DNA from: Stramenopiles sp. TOSAG23-2
Taxonomy: Eukaryota
DNA length: 38,440 nucleotides
Assembly (NCBI GenBank): GCA_900128395.1
Contig: LT649317.1
Coordinates: forward strand, 1 to 38,440
Direction: 5' to 3'
Shown: positions 33,101-38,440 of the stretch, in pieces
Layout of the letters: every line of letters starts with the position of its first letter
How positions within the stretch are numbered: position 1 is the first letter of the stretch
Made by a program: the position numbers and the translations under genes
The notes under the pieces: generated by a model
Databases searched by the model: none
What the model saw: only the letters and a program-made list of their open reading frames with translations
What the model was told of the DNA's origin: nothing

Positions 33101-34921
33101 TTGAAACTAGGTGAATTTGTAGAAGTTACAAAAAGGCATTGGGAAGATCGCCAAGTTGGATATATATTAGATATAAATATACACAAGAAGTTGCCCAGAA
33201 CGTATCGTGTGAAGTTGAAAAACAAGGATGTAGATAATCGTATCTTAGATAATGTGGAGGAATATCAAATATGCCCATATTCTGATTTTGAAGATGGTTG
33301 CAGAGTTGAAGCAACTAGGCGTGAGTGGAATTATGCCTATTTTGAAGGAACAATTGTCAATATTGATCGTCATTTTGGAACATTTGGTATAAGTTTTGAT
33401 GATGGAGAATATTTCGAAAATACAGAATTGGTAGATGTACGGCGAAGACATTTCCATTTGTATAATGTTGGACATAATGTGTTGGTTAAATTTGACACTC
33501 GTTCAGAACCATTTTTAGGAATTATTAAATCTGTTACGAAGAGTAAATCTTATTATCATATAGAATTTAGTGAAACTGACAATGATGACAAATGTGTTGA
33601 AAAGATTCATGTCTCGGCCATTTTACATCGCGTAAGAAAGGATTGGAATAAATATGATCGTGTAGTAGCAAAACTTCCAGGTGCAGAATTAAGTTTTATG
33701 GATCAAGTAAGAATACATAAACAAAGTAAAGAACAAAAGGCTAAAAAAATGTATGCTATACTCTTAATCCAACGATGCGTAATGAGGTGGAAAGCTAGAC
33801 GTAAACGCAGAGTATTAGCTGAAAAGAAACGCGTTGAGCAAGAGAAATTACATTTGGAAACTGCTTCCATGTCTAAAATAAGTCTTCATGGCCTTGTAGA
33901 TGAAGATGGGGCAAGAACTACCAAGAATGCAGACATTTTCCATAAGAAGATTGAATCATATATTGAACAACGTGTAGAGAAAAATCTGGAAAGGCATTTA
34001 TCATCTTTGTCTCCCAATGATCGCGGTCAGTTTATAGAAAATGAAGAGGAATTGCACCATGAAGATGACTTTAGCAGAAAACTTGATTTCCAAATTAGGA
34101 AAAAGATTAAACAGCACATTGACAAGCGTCTTCTGTCCCCATCATCATCATCATCAAACAACATGATAAGTAATTATTCAAGACAAAATGAGATGAATAA
34201 TCATATACCTAATCTATTACATATTAATGATTTTGAAAAAGCTAATAGTGACAATGTTGACAGTTTATCAACAGTAACAACAACCACTGTTAATAATAAC
34301 ATGAACAATAACAATGGCCTTTTTCTAAGCTTTTCAATGGGAGATTCTGTGTTGGCAACACATTACGATTGGGATGAAAAGTATTATCCTGGAAATATTG
34401 CTGGTATAAACTCCGATGGAACATATTCTGTTCAATTTCTAGATGGAGATTATTCTTCTCAAGTTTTATTGAAACATATAAAAAGAGATGCAGGTTATCC
34501 TAATCACCGACAATTAAATATGCGCCAAAAAGCAAATAATAATACTATTGATAATGTAAGAAATCACCCACGGATGCAAAATATTTTAGAACATGAATTT
34601 AAGTATTTACCAGGTCATCCGGTATTGGCAACAAATTCTGATTGGGATAGCACGTATTTTCCTGGAAGGGTTGAAACAGTAAACGACGATGGTACATATG
34701 TAATTCATTTTTATGATGGACATGTTTCCAAGAATATCCATTTGAATCATATAAAAGATATACCATTTAAAAAAGACGATCGAGTCTTGGGAAAACAGAA
34801 TCATTGGGTCAAAATGCATCCTGGAACAATAGAACGTTTAAATAGTGATGGTACATACATTATTTTATTTGATGATGGAGATTCAAAAGATATCTTGTTG
34901 AAAAATATCGTGAAAATGTAA
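27197..34921 (+). CDS. Giant IQ-motif (calmodulin-binding) and Tudor/Agenet-like repeat protein (2574 aa)
   Basis: Many IQxxxRGxxxR motifs (IQSVFKGYKVRK, LQALLRGRKVRK, IQAVIRGIVIRK, IQSFMRGRYIR). These alternate with repeats such as GDSVLA...YYPGNIAGINSDGTYSVQFLDGD and YFPGRVETVNDDGTYVIHFYDG. Confidence 0.85.
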   Translation: MSDSNNNNKKSISIGKKKVNPLHKLKTVREEEEADTIQDQVKNDAFFNSLVNEIHGNNVYIAVNAVLEGEMKNEKIRFIQSLGLPVSVKISPGVELDEKFCLSTKMAQFDKEKIKSLQAIGENNFETMKEEAVKQAKASPDHFVHASIIAQTLLLEKQFPSKDKLAAAKAIGNWHVEQFVKTMVGSDVQEKDMEKYRNVVLEGISEMFHSGDSLNSSGQGNNNNSNNTSNNLKNSSLSSTSPLPVISSSSALLDDILEIKSIPKKSASNSIYDQVSGAAILIQSVFKGYKVRKSISNYQYRKSSLMLQKWYRHTRSGHDERVSFLKTRRAIIKLQALLRGRKVRKEIEIKNDLLLNEQMIELFNHFHNAATRIQAVIRGIVIRKRLRKVFVAQQQVKAALLYQAKLLGGIVQFQARVRGYLMREYNRKYNGEINRMMKLRVELEEEDEILQGLHRSLAYWHEESDHVNDIVIDFITNNHYTRAAIKIQQLYRDVKLRIYAAGMIQSVWKGYVTRKHLAFWNAYATTIQKVVRGRLGKLRFKRTLVSMKLKKRGMAFQYYAKNEKQVVIVQNIYRRWSCMRNNKLLLLIVKVQRTFRRYQFQRQVKTFIKKVRFVKHFLGMCLIRRRYLSYRRKIKRRRQATIVSSLARKMFQRKKYLNKRQKVILMQTYSRRKLSYNRIKKMHRAATYLSSLWRCHVIMEHFQHQKKNAATIQKQIRGFITRIRLYNSKDSKKTHVVQLLYRRLEEEKQRPLQVRIDSATMLQSHFRMYFQRNVYNSKRRKYIIIQSLARRFHTYCKILRTNPITKKRYLFDGTFPGTILRKGNGSMTFDIYLFDGTLLKNVPHRRILPLTHDNAKFNAIRFSVGDHVDASMENGLDRYPGTITKAYPGSAHYDVLFEGDTVSKQYIPIENIFASYGHDETAAEVEHLHYSVHESVETTNDHWKTVSLAYIINPNHNDGIKKQANAKASNHHRKHRRHHEKHQHHDEQKHLKNNKQTKKNSNNIVNTTRKEQKFYSIKMIGSKGTRDNVPYYSLRKRHKDFQAGMYVEASYNSNAIKNGKINEVYKRGQILSVDKKTSTCEVLFRKLSTTPRTVPFSKIRTLRGKVYKNGLKVRIIDKGQKSHQSSFLVNKLHRNNFLPTRGAIIKKRGEHCQFYNVSFTNGKRENTTVHFSLIVPVQTQRQQIFDIVRVNMSANGSFTHKELLNKYICGITKNNAKLARFQAHVRRRRQRKKYQSFLNKVILLQATARRKIVEIEETIVNRKVTQIQKLVRARNQQKEYKKVQKLAMKIQSIVRLFIAKKQFVQTRNKVRKIQAHMRGVGGRNNLMKTLEVNEGLPCIIDSQISDNNEYNIELEDGTYITNVKETCLTKRPRYNEEWLKVGTKVDATTDNWDSHFAAIIASVTWDWKYNVVFCDQIANSKNMVLLQKDSVRKLDDGDVDLPPYKWNTELEMTDDRWKSVFRVRVTKSLKGQCYNVIRLDGEQKVKSINNVKQCFLRKPFVPSELQPNSEIEYYTPLNKKRKYSIGIIKSINKRFKTFTIVDQLDKNSEKCISWSKVRPVPVKIFKLNTNVTILSSQKQGKIYSRNKYLQYTVQLPNGKFVYRLTGYEISEVKPFQINEKLMYLPMEDPYRQGKAKMSIVEMASHRKKGKEKTADIAKKAAMIQSLFRSFKCRVPYLKKLKLIISVQTQFRRFDAERQYYIARGLVFMIQANYRMLGPRKQYKKMRNAAICIQSFMRGRYIREQARIMGVLASKIQRRYRKHLKNPGKEELVKSKQASSVRSNVKYQYNKQRINIHQYNEKEHIEAAVTIQKYIRRFLCENLFKLRRQSHEAAIIVQRRVRGSLSRKALWKEIPHTQDHEYDGYLPGTIIGSNKDGTFKVEFDFGQICNSINPFSIKEETVKHFQEGDRCEATEDAWQSYLTSTITNVYRGSTYEGEETFYDVLYDDGTTGTSIPETYLRHVPKFHHKLKLGEFVEVTKRHWEDRQVGYILDINIHKKLPRTYRVKLKNKDVDNRILDNVEEYQICPYSDFEDGCRVEATRREWNYAYFEGTIVNIDRHFGTFGISFDDGEYFENTELVDVRRRHFHLYNVGHNVLVKFDTRSEPFLGIIKSVTKSKSYYHIEFSETDNDDKCVEKIHVSAILHRVRKDWNKYDRVVAKLPGAELSFMDQVRIHKQSKEQKAKKMYAILLIQRCVMRWKARRKRRVLAEKKRVEQEKLHLETASMSKISLHGLVDEDGARTTKNADIFHKKIESYIEQRVEKNLERHLSSLSPNDRGQFIENEEELHHEDDFSRKLDFQIRKKIKQHIDKRLLSPSSSSSNNMISNYSRQNEMNNHIPNLLHINDFEKANSDNVDSLSTVTTTTVNNNMNNNNGLFLSFSMGDSVLATHYDWDEKYYPGNIAGINSDGTYSVQFLDGDYSSQVLLKHIKRDAGYPNHRQLNMRQKANNNTIDNVRNHPRMQNILEHEFKYLPGHPVLATNSDWDSTYFPGRVETVNDDGTYVIHFYDGHVSKNIHLNHIKDIPFKKDDRVLGKQNHWVKMHPGTIERLNSDGTYIILFDDGDSKDILLKNIVKM

Positions 34922-35040
34922 CACAAAAATAAGTTATGCATTAATTAACATATATTTCTCATTTATATCTGAGTCTAAAAAAGTGACTTTTCATATTTTG
35001 TTTGCCTCTCTTTCTTTCTTTGCCTCAAATTTCCATTTTT

Positions 35041-35880
35041 TTATAATTTTTGATCAAGTTTTGTTGACATTCTTGTGTTATTATTATCATCCCATTTTTG
35101 TGTTGCTGCTTCTTTTTGTGCTAGCATTGATGCTTCTTTACTAAACGTACTATTTGATTTTTTACGTATTGCATCAAAATTTCCAGCATGTTCTAATGCT
35201 CTTATTGTAGTCATAGTTGCATACATCGGGTCTCTCCCTTTGACATTATATTTTTTAAATTGTTCAGCTTGATATGTATTGACAGGCACAAATGCATCTG
35301 GTGCGTGTTTACTATTTAAATATATATCTACGACATCTGAAATATCCATCCATGCCGCTTGATACACTTCTGGGCTTACTTGCTCACGCTCATGTTTCGA
35401 CATAGTCCAAAAAGCACTATTTCTATCCATATATTTTCCCGCGAAAATCTTGCGTTTTTCCAATAATCTTTTATTTAAATCTTCCACATCAATATCATTC
35501 AACCATGGATTTTCATCTGCTAAACATACGAAATTCCACATTCTATATGATTTGCCTTGTATTACCCGCGTGGAATTGACTCGAAAAGGCCTTAAAATTG
35601 CATCTTTTGGTACGACTGTATCAAACTCTTCCGATAGTTCTCTCCGTGCTGTTTCCTCAATTGTTTCACCATCATCTTTAGACCCACCAGGTAGTTTCCA
35701 CTCACCTCCATACCTCATTAAACTAACATTATCTGGGTTTTCAGAGCGAACCCAATTTACAATTTCTGATTGTCCCAATAATACTTGCAAATTCGACTTA
35801 AACTCCCAATTGAAATCCTTCAGTTGCAAAGTGCCTTCTTTTGTTAAATTGTAATTTTTATGATTTAAAATTGTTTTATA

Positions 35881-35916
<36 letters not shown>

Positions 35917-35994
35917 TGGATTCAATCTTACTGGTACGACTGTTGCGGCATCAACTACAATTACATTTGAGTTATTATTATTGAACGATGCCAT
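35041..35994 (-). CDS. Nudix hydrolase
   Basis: WKLPGGSKDDGETIEETARRELSEEF fits the Nudix box GX5EX7REUXEE. Start placed at the first ATG (35994) rather than the GTG at 36006. Confidence 0.85.
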
Positions 35995-36863
35995 GGGTAT
36001 AAACACTGTGTACTATAAATTAGATAAATGATAATAACGGAAGTATGACTATATATAAATTCTATACAGCGTATTGTATATCTAATTGTAATAAATATAT
36101 TACTGTATCAAATATACACGTATTGATATATCTAAGAAGAATAAGAAGTGGACAAGTGTGACCTTCTAACCTGGAACTTTGAAACTTTGAAATTTTTTTT
36201 GGCACTATACTCTAACTTGCCAGCCCAGCCAGCTGCTTGATGCATCTTGTGCTCTTCTTTGATGTGGTAAATAAAATTGATGAAAAAATATCCTTTAAGT
36301 ACAGTATAACAATACGATTATATTCTATCTATAGTGCTGTGTACCTCCTATATCCTATATCCCACATTCCCGATATGATTATTTTTACATGAAGACGACT
36401 ACTATACTAATACGAAGATGTGCATATACTGGCATACTTTTTTTTTTGATTTTTTATTTTTTCCAAAAAACTTTTAAGCAGCACTTACTTTACTTACAGT
36501 AAAACTTATTAAAAAAATTCTCTTATTAAACTAAAGTATCTTAGAATTAACAAAAATTATATGCTGAAGAAAAGTGAAAATAGTTTTTCCTGCATCATAT
36601 TAGAGAGTCATTTAATATGTGTCCTTTTTATGTTTATGTACAAGGAATAATATAAATAAAATAGGTTATCGAAAAATCTTAAAGAATTTACATCATACGA
36701 CAAAAAAAACGGGATTTTTAACCTTTTGATTAAACATTTTTTTACCACTGGGCCACACTACTCGTCGCACAGTGGTGCCACACCGATGGGAAATTTTAAT
36801 TTAAATAAAAAGTTTCCGTTTTTGTCCTTTTTTTAATATAAAAGATGGATGTTTTTTGTTAAT

Positions 36864-36976
36864 ACATATATTATATATAAGATATCTCAAGTCATAAATT
36901 TTGATTTTTAATGTTTATTTTGTTTTTTATTTTTCGGTTTAAATCAATTGACTGTCATTTAATTTTGTGTATATGT
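36864..36976 (-). promoter_or_regulatory. Candidate SECIS element in the 3' UTR of the GST gene
   Basis: Minus strand reads ATGA-C-AGTCA-A-TTGATTT-AAA...AAATCAA-AATTTA-TGACT-TGAG. This gives an AUGA/GA core (36958-36955; 36889-36886), a ~13-nt helix II and apical AAA. ACATATA/TATATGT could form helix I. The apical loop is unusually long and helix II has an asymmetric bulge. Confidence 0.55.
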
Positions 36977-37158
36977 TTCATGGTCTGTATCTATTTTATT
37001 ATCTTGTGTTTTTTTTTTACTTTGTTATTATTATGAAATTTACACTTTTTATCTTTATATTTTTTTGTTTTCAGGGTCATCTTCTTTTTTATTTTATTAT
37101 TAATTTGTATACTTTTTTTTTGTTATTGTTCTGTGTGTGTGGAGACACATTTTTTTCA

Positions 37159-38229
37159 TTAACGTGCAAATGTTAACCATTGTTGTAATCGTTCTAATTT
37201 TGATAAATGCATTTCAACAAATGCTTTAGGTGGTTCACTTAATGATGCAATACTTGGACTTGTCAATGCTAAACTTTCACGGTCACGCACTGCTTCTAAC
37301 CACACAAATAATTTCATTAAATTTAATGATCGGCAATCCTCAAAAATATCAATACTACGATGAAATGGTAAATTAGCTAACATGCGGACTACAAATGGCG
37401 CTGTTAAACATTCAGCTAATGTAAAATTATATCCGATAAAAAATGGGCCACCATCCTCGCAACCATGCATACGTAAACAATTATCAACTTTTACAAGTGC
37501 ATGTAGAAATTTCTCATAATGCTTCTTTAATTCGGTTTTTTTTTTAGCTTTCATTAATCGATAATAACCTGGAACAACATTACCCATATATAAATCAACA
37601 AATAAATCAATACGAGCAGCACTTAAAGCTTCTCTAGCATGTACGTCGCCTAAAAGACCAGGCCATGCTGGCAATAAATCTGACCCGCGATAAGGCCATG
37701 CCTTCGCGACGTATTTTGTACACACAGAGGATTCGACTAACTGTACATAATCTTTCTCCCCTGGAAATCCTACTTCTAATATTGGCACTTTCGCACTAGC
37801 TTGATGATCTGGATGAATTGTTTTATACATTATTTTAAATTCTTCAGATTTTTTTGATAAATCAACGGTTCGGCTTGTAAACGGTAATTGTTTTTCAACC
37901 ATAGCAATCCAAGGCCGTTGAGACCAAGGTCAGTCTGATGCCCCGTTCTCCGTCATGGCATTGTTCCAAAAAGTGATAGGCGGGCCGTCGTACGATATTG
38001 ATATTTCATAATCACCAGCATGTATATGATCATCAAAATGGTGCGCTTGTGGATTAATCTCGTTAACGTTATTATTATATGGTAAAAATTGTTGTTGTTG
38101 TTGTTGTTGTTGTTGTGGATTTGGTTGTTGAAATTTTTGTCCTTCATTCATCATGTCGTTTCTATTATTACTGATACTGCTACTGTTTGACGTAGTATTT
38201 GGTGATGGAATGTACAAGGATGATGACAT
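37159..38229 (-). CDS. Omega/lambda/DHAR-like glutathione S-transferase, probable selenoprotein (356 aa, in-frame UGA at codon 100)
   Basis: The two listed ORFs are joined in frame by TGA(37932-37930)-CCT TGG TCT CAA CGG CCT TGG ATT GCT-ATG, giving SD[U]PWSQRPWIAMVEK. Other GST motifs are intact: KVPIL cis-Pro loop, LVESSVCTKYV, GPFFIGYNFTLAE...APFVVR. Confidence 0.8.
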
Positions 38230-38440
38230 GAGGGAAAAGAAAAAACCTGTTTTAAAAGAATGCGTTTATCATACAGTATATCTATGTTTGTATATGTTTC
38301 TCGTAATTACATAACAAAGTGAACAATTTGTTTTCTGTTATTATTCTATAGAGAATAGAGAATTTAAATTTTAGACGGAAAGAAGACACTATGGATGAAA
38401 TACGCCTCTTATTTTAGCTAAAATCGGTCATGTTTTTTTG

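Noticed and set aside
37930-38229. 99-aa ORF as an independent gene or uORF, and 37159..37902 as a complete GST
   Set aside because: They are in frame, and the GST first beta-strand and active-site motif straddle the TGA. The shorter ORF would lack the catalytic loop.
37159-38229. GST pseudogene or a genome-wide UGA reassignment
   Set aside because: There is only one lesion, exactly at the catalytic site, plus a SECIS candidate. Other genes here end normally at TGA (10513, 17673, 22614, 10869) and use TGG and TGT/TGC normally. A pseudogene is disfavoured but not formally excluded.

Overview
AT-rich, gene-dense eukaryotic DNA with no evident introns, poly-N/Q/E/K tracts and (AT)n/(AC)n microsatellites. 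It looks like a protist, possibly a stramenopile, but taxonomy cannot be proven from this window. It holds about 15 protein-coding genes: a giant LRR protein, an MDC1-like TQ-cluster/tandem-BRCT protein, an ATG27/M6P-receptor-like protein, a C-type lectin/acyltransferase-3 fusion, a CRAL-TRIO protein, a DUF1932-type dehydrogenase, TRAPPC2L, an MDR oxidoreductase, a WRN-type exonuclease fused to an RFC1-type BRCT, a giant IQ/Tudor-like repeat protein, a Nudix hydrolase, a GST and three hypotheticals. The top observation is that the ORF track splits the GST in two (37930..38229 and 37159..37902), but both parts are one reading frame. It is interrupted by a single TGA exactly at the catalytic Cys of the omega/lambda/DHAR 'CPxxQR' motif (SD*PWSQRPWI), and a SECIS-like hairpin lies in the 3' UTR, so this is a probable selenocysteine GST. 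Intergenic DNA contains two MITE-like inverted-repeat elements, a decayed tandem duplication and a recurrent TACCWGGTA motif, one copy of which is a demonstrable 7-bp insertion.
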